A DNA stretch of 62,367 nt, filler included, from Chrysochromulina tobinii (lineage: Eukaryota), in NCBI GenBank assembly GCA_001275005.1. It is 5 parts of 5 records of this genome, joined end to end, with 100 filler letters (N's around TTAATTAATTAA, not from the genome) between each part and the next. Parts side by side here need not be neighbours in the genome. Positions count along the whole stretch, not along the records: positions 48,195 to 60,035 come from JWZX01001344.1; positions 60,136 to 62,367 come from JWZX01001375.1; 3 more parts are not named here. One strand, written 5' to 3'. Shown piece after piece: positions 52,503-62,367 of the stretch. The notes under the pieces are model-generated. The model ran no database searches, was not told where the DNA came from, and saw only the letters and a program-made list of their open reading frames with translations. Both the position numbers and the translations under genes were made by a program. Each line of letters starts with the position of its first letter. The stretch's first letter is position 1.

Positions 52503-54476
52503 ATGGCTCGTGCCGGCCTCGTGCTCTGCCCTTGCCCTTCGTCTGACCGTCGTCGTCGTGCTGTTGATCGTGATGACAGTGAGAATGTTCTCAAGCGCGA
52601 ATTCCTGCCTTTGGAGGAGGTTGAGGTTACGATACGGCCAACTGTGCAAGCGCCGCCGCCGGCAGACCACCAACCCAGTCCAGCGCCCAGAAGCCGGTCG
52701 CTCTTCAGGTGCATCCCGTGCGACTGCTACACGACGCTGGTCCATTCGCCACTTCTCGTCTTCGCGTGTTCGCTCAGCGCCGGCTACTTCGGCGTGTCGC
52801 TCACATTCAGCCTTTTGCTGATCGCGCTCGGAGAAATTAAGCAAGATGAAGATCTTTTTCTCGTGAGCTGCTCGAGCAGATTCAACGCCTCAAGGTGTGC
52901 TGCCGACGTTGACAAGGAAGTCGCCCAAGCAGAATCAGGAGCCATCGGGTTGCACCTCACAGCCCTCATCCTTGCTCTTCTGATCAACAATAAGTGGCTC
53001 AAGTGCCAGTGCACGGCGCTTCCCAAAATGTCCCTTTGCGCCGAGGTCGCCGTGTGCCTCCTCACTGGCGTCATGGGATTAGCCGCTTTCATCGCGTGGA
53101 CGGCGGAAGTCTCGACATGCTTCTCGTGCAAGCTGGGGGAAAACAGCACAGACCCCTTAGATCAAAGCTTCCTCTCAGTGATGCGCTTCGAGTCCTTCCT
53201 GGGCGTCATCACGAGCCTCTTCCTGTGGATTGCGGTTGCCTGGATGGCGCTCGGGCGCGTCCCATGGATCACGAAGCTCTTCCGCGGGCACGCCTACCTC
53301 ACAGATCACGAAGCGTCGATGATTCGCCACCTACTCACGTCGCGCGTCTACATCGGCCTGTTCGTCGGCCTGCTGGTCAACATTGCTGTCGTCATCTACT
53401 ACGGGTCTGCGCTGCATAGTTTGCTGGCTATCATTGATGCGCCGGCGGAGGGCGCCGGCGGCGGGGACGAGGGCGCTGGCGGCGGGGGCGAGGGCGGCGA
53501 GGGCGAGGGCGGGGGCGGCGAAGACGAGGACGCGGCGGTGATTGCAGGGTTGGGCTGGTTACTTCTACTTCCGCACCTGGCAGTCATTTTTATCAAGTCA
53601 GCCATTCTCTTCGGGCTCATCCTGCTGTACGTGCAGCTCGCCGTATGCGTGTTCGCTTCCGCCTTCAACGGCTGGAAGCACCTGCAGCATTGGCTCACCG
53701 TCACCAAGGTGGCGCGCGCACAGGTGACGCCTCTTCCGGCGGAGGGCATCAGCCCCGCCCAGCCCGACGGGCTCGATGCTGAGCACTCGCGCCTCTTAGA
53801 CGTCGGCTCGAAGAGTCTCATCTCAGCCTCGAGGCTTCCAGCACTCATGTGCTCATCGCTCGCATGCGGATCTGTCATCATCGCCCTGGTGCTGAGCACC
53901 ATCATCACCGCTCTGTACACGTGGTCGGCAAACGAGCTCATTCGTATCCTCGCCGCGCCATTTGTCAAATCCATCAGCTACACATTGGCCGGTCTTTTTG
54001 CGGTCGTACTCTCTCGCATGGTCCTCGTCCGTTGCCTGTTCCATCCGAAGCAACTCGAGGGCGGCGGCGAGGTGTGGCCCATGCGGCGGCCCATTTGCTT
54101 TGCGTGGTACGAGGCCTTCTATCTGGTCTTCGCGATTTCCGAAGGTCTCTGGATCGGTGCCAAACGGTTGGTGTTCACCTTCACGTATGCCATCGCCTCG
54201 CTGCTTCGCACGGACCGCCCGTCGCATGCCGAGGGGCGTGTCATGAACGACAAGGTGTTCCGTTCGTATGCGGCCGTGCTCTGCCTGGAGCGCGACGCCG
54301 AGGCGAGCCGTCGGCAGGCCGGCGCGACGCATTTTGAGAGCGGCGTACTTGCTGTCGAGTCGGATGTGAGTCTGAAGCATACGGCACTGTGGTGCCTGGG
54401 GTATCTTGCGGCTTTTATCACGCCGTTCTTCATCTTCGGATTTATCGTGGGGCTGACGGGGGGGGAAGTGGATTGA
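52503..54476 (+). CDS. Polytopic membrane protein, STRA6/RBP-receptor-like, copy 2
   Basis: Paralogue of 49302-51362, identical over long stretches, divergent in loops; alternative ATG at 52449. Confidence 0.6.
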   Translation: MARAGLVLCPCPSSDRRRRAVDRDDSENVLKREFLPLEEVEVTIRPTVQAPPPADHQPSPAPRSRSLFRCIPCDCYTTLVHSPLLVFACSLSAGYFGVSLTFSLLLIALGEIKQDEDLFLVSCSSRFNASRCAADVDKEVAQAESGAIGLHLTALILALLINNKWLKCQCTALPKMSLCAEVAVCLLTGVMGLAAFIAWTAEVSTCFSCKLGENSTDPLDQSFLSVMRFESFLGVITSLFLWIAVAWMALGRVPWITKLFRGHAYLTDHEASMIRHLLTSRVYIGLFVGLLVNIAVVIYYGSALHSLLAIIDAPAEGAGGGDEGAGGGGEGGEGEGGGGEDEDAAVIAGLGWLLLLPHLAVIFIKSAILFGLILLYVQLAVCVFASAFNGWKHLQHWLTVTKVARAQVTPLPAEGISPAQPDGLDAEHSRLLDVGSKSLISASRLPALMCSSLACGSVIIALVLSTIITALYTWSANELIRILAAPFVKSISYTLAGLFAVVLSRMVLVRCLFHPKQLEGGGEVWPMRRPICFAWYEAFYLVFAISEGLWIGAKRLVFTFTYAIASLLRTDRPSHAEGRVMNDKVFRSYAAVLCLERDAEASRRQAGATHFESGVLAVESDVSLKHTALWCLGYLAAFITPFFIFGFIVGLTGGEVD

Positions 54477-55317
54477 TGAGCGCGGCGGCGAGGTTCAGAG
54501 CGGTGGTTTCTATAACGCTGAGGCAACGCCGAGGCGTTCCATAAGTTGTTTTCAAGGGCAAGCAACAGAAGGGCGGTAGGGCGCTCGCTCCGGCACTGAG
54601 CGGCGCTCACACAGCCGAGCGGGCGGGCAGAGCAGAAGATCTGCTGCGCAGGTGTGGGTGTGGTCAGTGTGAATGAGGCGTGTACCGGCATGCAGGGCGT
54701 GCGTGCCGGGACAGCGCCGCGGAGCTCGTCAGGGCCATTCAGGGTGCGGGACGCATGCCATGTCTTTACGGGGAATCTGGAATGATCCACGGAATTAGTA
54801 GGGATCATTCGGGGAGATCCTGATATCGTGCATCCCGTCCGCCCACGTCGCCGCTCGCGACGCGACCAAGCGAACGATCGATCGTGGCAATTGGCGTCTA
54901 GTCTTCTCCTATTGAGCGTCTTGTGTTTGTTGTCGTGACTCGTGAATCCCACCCTCCCTCCGAGGTCTGAAAAAGTCCGCGGCCGCGGGGAATGTGGTTG
55001 TCGTTGTGGAGTTGTACCGGTGGTAACACACTACTAATTGCAAACGCCGTCGCCGAGCGCAGATCGTGAGACGCGACACGACAAGACGGAGGTGCATCTC
55101 AATGCCAAGCAACCCGCGCAACCGAACACGATTTCGCAACCGAACCAATCGGAATTGCATCTCATAGCCGAGCTTAATCACAGCTCAGCCTCCTCCTTGG
55201 AGAGCTGGGTCCTGGGACCAGCCTGCGTGTTATTTGCGTTCGGGTCGGTGACAATCTGTGTGCCAGGGAGGGTCCTCCCACATTCGCCCATCTGGTTGTT
55301 GTAAACCTTGCGCAACA

Positions 55318-56628
55318 TCATGCATCATGGGCGGCGTGCCAACGCTCGGGCGAGCCGCTCGCGCCCGCCGCCATGGGCTTCATAGCAGGCAACAGTTGAT
55401 CCTCCGTGTCCAGGGTGAGCACGTACTGCCCCGGGTACGAGCAGCGGATGACGGGCTGCAAGATGGTCGTCCAGCCCTGCGCCGTCATCCCCGGCTTGAC
55501 GCGGAAGACGTGGCGCATCGCACGCACGCCAAACCACTCGTCCTCGAGCTCAAACCGAGATACATTGTCGCCGACCGGTACCATGCCGTGCACGCGCGGC
55601 GGCGAGTACTTGCAGCGAGCGCGGTCCGGGCTCACGTGCTCGTCGCGAAAGCGGTCGAGCCGCGCGAAGGTGCCGCTCGGCGAGTACGCATCCCACCCCT
55701 GCCGCGTGATGGAGCGGCGCTCGTCGTGCTCGTCTAGGCGCAGCACGGTGTAGTTGTGCACGCTCTGGAGGCGCATCAACACGGTGGGGTCCAGACGCGA
55801 GCCTTCCACAATCATGGCTCGCACGCGGGGTGCGGCGCCTTCGGAGAGCAGCTGCTCCAGTCGCTTCAACCACGTGCCCTCGGGGCCGTCGGCGTCCATC
55901 TTGAGCAAGTCGATCTCGCCACGTACGCCGGCTGCCGTCCATAGGAGTTCGTCAAAGTCGACGCCCGGTACGCTCTGCGGCAGCCCAAAATGCGACGAGC
56001 AGTTCTCGCCGTAATTGAGGCTGACTTGGCTGGGCCCGTTCACGTTTCCCCAGCGCCAACATCTGCCACAGCACGAGCAATGCTTACAGGGCGAGGGCGC
56101 CATGCACCGCGGCTCTCGCCCGACGCAAGCGCGAGCATTGTACACCATCAGTCGATCAGCCCAGCAGTTGACCGCCGCGGTCTCGTTGAGAGCGCGCGCA
56201 AAATCCGAAGCTGGTTCCACGGAAACCACGTGGCTGCCAAGTTGCATCATGTAGGCGCTCATCCAGCCATTGTTGGCGCCGAGGTCGAGAGAGCGACACC
56301 GGCGGTGAGCCGGTCTCCGCTGGCAGTGCGACAGAAAGGATGCGATCGCCTCGAGCACGTGTGGCTCTGGGTCACCTGGTGACGCGATGACGCCTCGTGT
56401 GCTCCCAAGAGTGCAGCAGAAAGCAGATGCCCTTTGTGCATACAAGTCGCACTGTCCCGGTGTGAATTCCATGACCAGGTGTAAGGCATCAAACGGCCAA
56501 CGTGCGGGTAGGGTGTATGCACGGCTGAGCAGCTCGGCTGAACATGACAGCACATCGGGTCGTTGGCGCTGGCATTTGGCGATGCCCATCGTTGCTTCGT
56601 CCTCTGCGGAAGGATTTCCTTCACTCAT
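55318..56628 (-). CDS. FkbM-family SAM-dependent methyltransferase-like protein
   Basis: SLDLGANNGWMSAYMMQLGSHVVSVEP and IDLLKMDADGPE. Confidence 0.8.
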   Translation of the reverse strand: MSEGNPSAEDEATMGIAKCQRQRPDVLSCSAELLSRAYTLPARWPFDALHLVMEFTPGQCDLYAQRASAFCCTLGSTRGVIASPGDPEPHVLEAIASFLSHCQRRPAHRRCRSLDLGANNGWMSAYMMQLGSHVVSVEPASDFARALNETAAVNCWADRLMVYNARACVGREPRCMAPSPCKHCSCCGRCWRWGNVNGPSQVSLNYGENCSSHFGLPQSVPGVDFDELLWTAAGVRGEIDLLKMDADGPEGTWLKRLEQLLSEGAAPRVRAMIVEGSRLDPTVLMRLQSVHNYTVLRLDEHDERRSITRQGWDAYSPSGTFARLDRFRDEHVSPDRARCKYSPPRVHGMVPVGDNVSRFELEDEWFGVRAMRHVFRVKPGMTAQGWTTILQPVIRCSYPGQYVLTLDTEDQLLPAMKPMAAGASGSPERWHAAHDA

Positions 56629-56950
56629 TTAAGTTGATTTGTAACGGGCGCGGCGACCGAAGCATGCTCGTCCTCGATCGACGAAACGGGTTGGTCCGTC
56701 ACTTTGGGCAGGTTTCTCCGACATTCCTGTCCGGGCTTCCAACATGATCGTGTTGAGCGCCGGCGCGCGCTCCTGTCCTCGCCACTGACTGCCAGAAAAC
56801 GCGCAGACTCCTATCTGCCTACGGCGCCACGCTTGCTGGCCTGTACCCGGCTCCCCCCGGTGTCTTTTTACCGGAGTACCGGTACAATAGTCCCGGCTCC
56901 CCCGGTTTACCGGTAACAGTTGGAAACACGTTCACATTCACACACTCTAA

Positions 56951-58570
56951 ATGCCGCCCCGCGTCCCGCAGACCGCACGAGTTGCAGTAGCGGCAACCTT
57001 GGAGCGCCACGCCGTGGAGCAGCGCCAGGTCGACGAGCGCCATGCTAAGGAGCTCCGCGACCTCATGAGTTCTGCAATAAGCGCTGACGATCGTGAGGCC
57101 GTCGAGCTTCTGATTGCACGCCTTGTGCAGCTGCTGAGCAGTAACTCGGAAGCGGCGCAGAATGCGGCAGGCACGCTGTGTGACCTCGCCGCCGACAACC
57201 CCACCAACAAGGACGCCATCCGAGAGGCGAGCGCCATCCCACCGCTCGTGGCATTGCTGCGTGCGGGCGCCGAGTCGACGGCGGCGGAGTATGCAGCAGG
57301 CACGCTATGGAACCTCACCACCAACAACCCCACCAACAAGGACGCCATCCGAGAGGCGGGCGCCATCCCACCGCTCGTGGCGTTGCTGCGTGCGGGCGCT
57401 GAGTCGATGGCGGCGGAGTATGCGGCAGGCGCGCTGCTGAACCTCGCCGCCGACAACCCCACCACCCGGGACGCCATCCGAGAGGCGGGCGCCATCCCAC
57501 CGCTCGTGGCGTTGCTGCGTGCGGGCGCCGAGTCGATGGCGGCGCGGAAGGCGGCAGGCGCGCTGTGGAACCTCACCACCAACAACCATACAAACCGGGA
57601 CGCCATCCGAGAGGCGGGCGCCATCCCACCGCTCGTGGCGTTGCTGCGTGCGGGCGCCGAGTCGACGGCGGCGCGGAATGCGGCACGCGCGCTGCAGAAC
57701 CTCGCCGCTGACAACCCCACCAACCAGGACGCCATTGTAGCTTCTTTCGCTGGCGCCGTCGTGCCTCTTGATACATTCCCTGAGTTGCAGCGCACGCTGC
57801 TGCGAGTGGCACTTGCGCGGCTACATCGCGCCGAGGCCGGTGAGGATGCTGCTGCACTGGAGGCGGCGCTGGCGGCGGCGACGGCCGTCGGTGCGGCGGA
57901 CGAGGCAGCGACGGCGCGCGTGCGCTCGAGGCTCGATGAGCAGCGGGCGGCGGCGACCCAGCGCGCGCGGCGTGAGTCGGTCGGGCTGAACGTGCCGCTG
58001 CCTGCTGACTTCACATGCCCGATCACGTAGAACGACAAGATGAAGGACCCAGTCGTCGCGTCCGATGGCCATTCCTACGAGCGCAGCGCGATTGAGGAGA
58101 TCCTCCGCGGCCCGCACCCGCTCAGCCCGCTCACGCGCGAGACGCTCGGTACGGCGCTGGTGCCAAACCTCAACCTGCGGCGGCGCATCGAGGAGCACGA
58201 GGCAGAGCTCGATCGGATGGCCGAGCAGATGGCGTCGCGCATGGCCTCCGCCGTCGCTGAGGCGGAATCGGCGTCCCAGGCGGAGATTGAGGTGTTACGT
58301 CAGCAGCTTGCCGATGCCAAGAAGCGCGCCCGAACGGAGGGCGAGGATCCACCCGTGATGGGCGCTGTGATGGGCGCTGTGATGGGCGAGGATCCACCCG
58401 CACCCAAGCGTGGCTGTGCAGTGGGCGCCAGCAGCCCACAGCCAGAGCAGTCAGATCAGAACGAGGTTGAGTGCTTGGGTGAATGGACGCGCGAAGAGGC
58501 CGAGGCTGCGCGCCACAAGGCAGGGACGCAGCAAGCTATCAACCTGGTTGATGACAACGAGGCGCTTTGA
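56951..58570 (+). pseudogene. ARM-repeat plus U-box E3 ligase gene interrupted by an in-frame TAG at 58028-58030
   Basis: Repeats of NKDAIREAGAIPPLVALLRAG...[39 protein letters not shown]...SPLTRETL...LVPNLNLRRRIEE. Confidence 0.85.
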
Positions 58571-58682
58571 GGCGTGTCAGGCCCTTAACCCTTAACGGTT
58601 CGCATGGAGGTGCGGTGGGCATGGCGGTGGGACCATGCGGTGATGGGGCCGGGGCCATGGCCGTGGCCCAAGTCACACAGGC

Positions 58683-60035
58683 TCATACAGGTGGCTGGCG
58701 GCGGCACGCACAGCACGGCAATGAAAAATTTGTGTGTTTGCGGTAAAACGGTAAAAGTGACTGACAGAAAATGGGCTGAAAAATGGGCGTCGAAGACGGT
58801 ACGGGTAGGAAAGTTCGGTTGCCCTTTGGCGAGATTCTCGTGAGAAGGTAAAAGTTCCGGATCTCCTCAATCGCGCTGCGCTCGTAGGAATGGCCATCGG
58901 ATGCGACCACTGGATCCTTCATCTTGTCGTACGTGATCGGGCATGTGAAATCGGCAGGCAGCGCCACGTTCAGCCCGACGGACTCGCGCCGCGCGCGCCG
59001 CGTCGCCGCCGTCCGCAGCTCAACGAGCCGCGAGCGCACGCGTGCTGTCATCGCCTCGTCGGTCGTGCCCATTGCCGTCGCCATCGCCAGCGCCGCCTCC
59101 AATGCAGCAGCATCCTCGCCCGCCTCGGTGCGCTGCAGCCGCTCCGTCGCAACTAAGCGGAGCTTTTGCTGAAGGTGAGGGAAGGCGTCAAGAGGCGTGG
59201 CGGCGTCGGCGAGGGCGGCGAGGATGGCATGGCTACAAGTGTGGCTGTCTGAGAGATTCTGCAGCGCGCTCGCCGCATTCGTCGCCGCCTCCGAGCCAGC
59301 CCCCGCCTGCAGCAGCGCCACGAGCGGCGCGATGGCGCCCGCCTCGCGGATGGCGTTCCGGTTGGTGTCGTTTGAGTCGGCGAGGCTCCACATTGCGCTT
59401 GCCGCATACGTCGCCGCCTCCGAGCCAGCCCCCGCCTGCAGCATCGCCACGAGCGGCGCGATGGCGCCCGCCTCACGGATGGCGTTCTTGTTGGTGTCGT
59501 TTGAGTAGGCGAGGTTCCCCAGCGCGCCCGCCGCATTCGTCGCCGCCTCCGAGCCAGCCCCCGCCTGCAGCAGCGCCACGAGCGGCGCGATGGCGCCCGC
59601 CTCGCGGATGGCATTCTGGTTGGTGTCGGTTGAGTTGGCGAGGTTCCACAGCGCGCCTGCCGCATTCGTCGCCGCCTTCGAGCCAGCCCCCGCCTGCAGC
59701 AGCGCCACGAGCGGCGCGATGGCGCCCGCCTCACGGATGGCGTTCTTGTTGGTGTCGTTTGAGGTGGCGAGGCTCCGCAGCGCACCCGCCGCATTCGTCG
59801 CCGCCTCCGAGCCAGTCCCCGCCTGCAGCAGCACCACGAGCGGCGCGATGGCGCCCGCCGCGCGGATGGCATTCTGGTTGGTGTCGTTTGAGTCGGCGAG
59901 GCTCCACAGCGCGCTCGCCGCATTCGTCGCCGCCTCCGAGCCAGCGACCGCCTGCAGCAGCGCCACGAGCGGTGCGATGGCGCCCGCCTCGCGGATGGCG
60001 TTCTTGTTCGCGGCGCTGTTGACGGCAAGGTGGTC
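58683..60035 (-). pseudogene. 5'-partial ARM-repeat/U-box paralogue whose U-box is truncated after SAIEEI
   Basis: About six ARM repeats (NAIREAGAIAPLVALLQAG); [30 protein letters not shown] then unrelated sequence from about 58858; convergent with 56951-58570. Confidence 0.75.
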
Positions 60036-60135
60036 NNNNNNNNNNNNNNNNNNNNNNNNNNNNNNNNNNNNNNNNNNNNTTAATTAATTAANNNNNNNNN
60101 NNNNNNNNNNNNNNNNNNNNNNNNNNNNNNNNNNN
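60036..60135. other. Artificial contig-joining spacer
   Basis: N44-TTAATTAATTAA-N44. Confidence 0.97.
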
Positions 60136-60265
60136 AGGGCGCGGAGGTACTTGAGCAGAAAAATCGAAACCGATCCATCAAATAGGTACCAAAAAAGGGC
60201 TCTGGTGAATGAAATGCATGCAACTTTGGCAGGCGCGCTCCGTGCACCAGCGTGTCCCCAGACGC

Positions 60266-62035
60266 TCATCTTCGGCCGACCGAAGGCCACACACCGACCC
60301 AAGGCAATGCACGCGTGAGCGCGGGCACGTACTCCCCCACCACTTCGCTCGACGCGTACAGGTTGACAAAGAGCGCGTCGGCCGTGGGCGCGACGAAATA
60401 GATCGAGTCGCCCAACTTGGCAAAGGACTCGGATAGCGTGCCCCAGCAGCACGGGAACCCGTAGTCGCTCTTGCCCCAGGGCTTGTGCGTAGCGCCGCCG
60501 AGCGGCAGCATGTAAATGTACGAGGTCGTTGCGGGCGAGGCGGCGCGCGTGGGCCCCTGCCCGCGGCAGCCCGCCTTGTCGCAGCCCGCCGGGGTGCCGC
60601 AGGATGCCATGAGGGAGCCAGCGTCATCGAGGCGCTGGTTGCCCACGATGCCGTTCTCAATCGCGCGCTCGTAAAAGTCGGCCAGCGCCGGCTCGGCAGA
60701 CCACGTGAACATGTGCCTCGCGATCTTGAGCACATTGTACTGGGTGCAGCTCTCCTCGGTTTGGGTCGAGAGGAAGTTTCCGAGATCGCGCGGAGCCTGC
60801 CAGCACTCTCCCGCATTGGAGCCGCCAGTCGCATACGTGTGGTTCTCGAGCAGCGCGTCGTAAAAGGCTTGCACCACCGATCGGTCCGTCGCGTTGCCCG
60901 TGAGCTCGTACCCTCGCGCGTTGCCGATGATCTCCGGCAGGTGGAAGTTCGCGTGCGGGAAGGGCAATTCGGCGAGGTCGTCATGGCCGACGGAGAGCGG
61001 CGCGGTGAAGACGAAGGCGTTGAATCGGCGCGCGGTCGCGAGGTGCGTCTCGTCGCCCGAGACCGCGTACAGGTGCATCAGCACGTCATTCATGCCCCCC
61101 CACTCGACTTCCAGCACTTGCTGCCACAGCTTCATGCCGCCCTTTGCGATGGTCGCTTCGACTCGACGGTGGACCCAGCTGGCCATGCGCGTGACGAGCT
61201 CGTAGGCGAGCTCGGAGCCCGCGAGCATCGCCTGGTCCAGCAGCCCAGCCATGATCTTGTGCAGCGTGTAGAAGGGCACGGAGTAGTACGGCCCTGCGCC
61301 CTGGGCGTCAAGCAGCTTCTCCCACGGTGGGAACGAGTATGGGAACAAGTACCCGTCACCCCAGTCGTCGCCGTAGGCCGCCCGCCAAGCGTCCATCACT
61401 TTGCCAAGCCCACTGATGAGCCTGTTTGCGCTCGCACGCACGGTCGCATTGCCGGACGAATTCACCAATAACGCGGTCGCCGAAAGCCAGTGCCCCTGGT
61501 AGTGGCCATAGTAGCCGCCCAGCCCCATCTCACCGGGGAGGGGGCTACACACAGGTTGGCCGCTGCCGCCCGGAGCGATGCAGTTGGTCGTTGCCGGCGT
61601 GAAGGAGATGACGCTCTTCCAATAGCACTTGATCGGCGCCGCGGGCGTCACGTCGTCGGACTGGAAGGTGATGCCAAGGCAAGCCGAGGTCGAAGTGCAA
61701 AACGCCTCACATTCATCAAAGCTGGTCGTCTCAGATGGCTTGACGTCGTCGCCACTGGCGAGGAAGCCCGCCTTATGCGTGTACTTGCTCGAGGACGCGT
61801 CCTTGACGTACGTCTGCCACGCGGCGGAGTCGGGCTCGCATTTCGTGAGGTTGGCCGCCGTCGTGAAGTGGCAAAGCCATCGCGTCTCGTTGATGCTCAG
61901 TAGCACTTCGCGATTCGCAACTTCGCGACGTGCCCAAGTGCCGAGCAGGCTGACGTTGGACAGCGGCAACGGCAAGGCTGCAAACTCAGGGAGCAAGCCG
62001 CTCGCCGCCGATGCGAGGCTCAGATAACCAGCCAT
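60266..62035 (-). CDS. GH146/GH127-like (DUF1680) beta-L-arabinofuranosidase-type glycoside hydrolase, likely 3'-partial
   Basis: GHYQGHWLSA, VPFYTLHKIMAGLLD, EWGGMND, HANFH, YATGGS, EESCTQYNVLK, YERAIENG, FPCCWGT..ESFAKLGDSIYF; possible GT donor near 60330. Confidence 0.85.
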   Translation of the reverse strand: MAGYLSLASAASGLLPEFAALPLPLSNVSLLGTWARREVANREVLLSINETRWLCHFTTAANLTKCEPDSAAWQTYVKDASSSKYTHKAGFLASGDDVKPSETTSFDECEAFCTSTSACLGITFQSDDVTPAAPIKCYWKSVISFTPATTNCIAPGGSGQPVCSPLPGEMGLGGYYGHYQGHWLSATALLVNSSGNATVRASANRLISGLGKVMDAWRAAYGDDWGDGYLFPYSFPPWEKLLDAQGAGPYYSVPFYTLHKIMAGLLDQAMLAGSELAYELVTRMASWVHRRVEATIAKGGMKLWQQVLEVEWGGMNDVLMHLYAVSGDETHLATARRFNAFVFTAPLSVGHDDLAELPFPHANFHLPEIIGNARGYELTGNATDRSVVQAFYDALLENHTYATGGSNAGECWQAPRDLGNFLSTQTEESCTQYNVLKIARHMFTWSAEPALADFYERAIENGIVGNQRLDDAGSLMASCGTPAGCDKAGCRGQGPTRAASPATTSYIYMLPLGGATHKPWGKSDYGFPCCWGTLSESFAKLGDSIYFVAPTADALFVNLYASSEVVGEYVPALTRALPWVGVWPSVGRR

Positions 62036-62106
62036 GCGCGCTGGAGCCTCGCTGGGGGACGCCGACCAAGGGGTCCACCTCCAAACTTCCCACCCTGGAA
62101 TCCTGA

Positions 62107-62134
62107 TGTGAACGTTAACACGACAGACGCGACA
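62107..62134 (-). promoter_or_regulatory. Conserved gene-upstream motif, copy 3
   Basis: TGTGAACGTTAACACGACAGACGCGACA; 71 nt upstream of ATG 62035. Confidence 0.55.
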
Positions 62135-62367
62135 GCCGTTGTGTGAAGCGATTTGCAATGTGAACCGTTGGGATACCGATGTTCGACAATACTCGATTTA
62201 TTTATCATTCAATCATTATGAATTCACACCATCATTCACAGATGCGAGCATTTTCTTCGAAAATGCGGTCAGACGAAAACTATCCTGTGGCCCGTCCAAG
62301 TGCGCAACCCGGTTTGTCGCCGCGACGCTCCGCTGCCTCGCCCATGCGCAAGCCAAAGCAGCGGGAT

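Larger units (their letters stand above)
48511..54767 (+). repeat. Direct tandem duplication of about 3.1 kb (units about 48511-51669 and 51670-54767)
   Basis: Both units start CCC(G/T)GGACCTG...CCCCTCTTAGTGAGGAAGAGCTCAGTGAGCTACCCGAGTGT and end GGGACGCATGCCATGTCTTT. Confidence 0.9.

Noticed and set aside
40538..54476. FABP/CRBP-like gene and STRA6-like pair as a linked retinoid-uptake cluster
   Set aside because: Separated by the spacer at 48095-48194, so proximity is an artefact; only co-occurrence in one assembly can be claimed
58028..58030. TAG as recoded codon or alternative genetic code
   Set aside because: Paralogue shows it arose from a 3-nt insertion into TAC, and TAG ends other genes here (26138, 33497, 39910, 51362)
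58581..58600. CCCTTAACCCTTAA as a piggyBac end or telomeric seed
   Set aside because: Only two units and no matching opposite end found

Overview
This is GC-rich eukaryotic nuclear DNA, not a prokaryotic locus. It is five unrelated contigs joined by 100-nt N44-TTAATTAATTAA-N44 assembly spacers (15808-15907, 30104-30203, 48095-48194, 60036-60135), so linkage across spacers means nothing. The intron style (GT/GC donors, TGATTGC/TGAGTGC/TGATGAC repeats, CCCTCATCAG and AATATGGCAG acceptors) suggests a haptophyte alga, possibly Chrysochromulina-like (inference). Contig 1: spliced J-domain gene and spliced COPI-associated/EF-hand membrane protein gene. Contig 2: CAMK-type kinase tail, Cys-repeat membrane protein, FCP1/NIF-like phosphatase, inverted pair of sulfotransferase-like genes with EEAAP tails, Zn-finger/UBA protein. 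Contig 3: GCTD-repeat surface protein, HemW, intronless RNAi-type RdRP with two zinc knuckles, FABP-like protein, 1.7-kb GATACAT-rich inverted-repeat element, IPT/PSI surface protein. Contig 4: tandem pair of STRA6-like membrane proteins, FkbM-like methyltransferase, two ARM/U-box paralogues both broken in the U-box. Contig 5: GH146/GH127-like glycosidase with an inserted PAN-like module. The strongest leads are introns that carry copies of their own flanking exons, a 23-nt intron motif shared by unrelated genes, a 25-nt motif just upstream of three unrelated genes on three contigs, the knuckle-bearing DADGD RdRP and the STRA6-like pair. All family calls come from recognising motifs by eye; no database searches were run.
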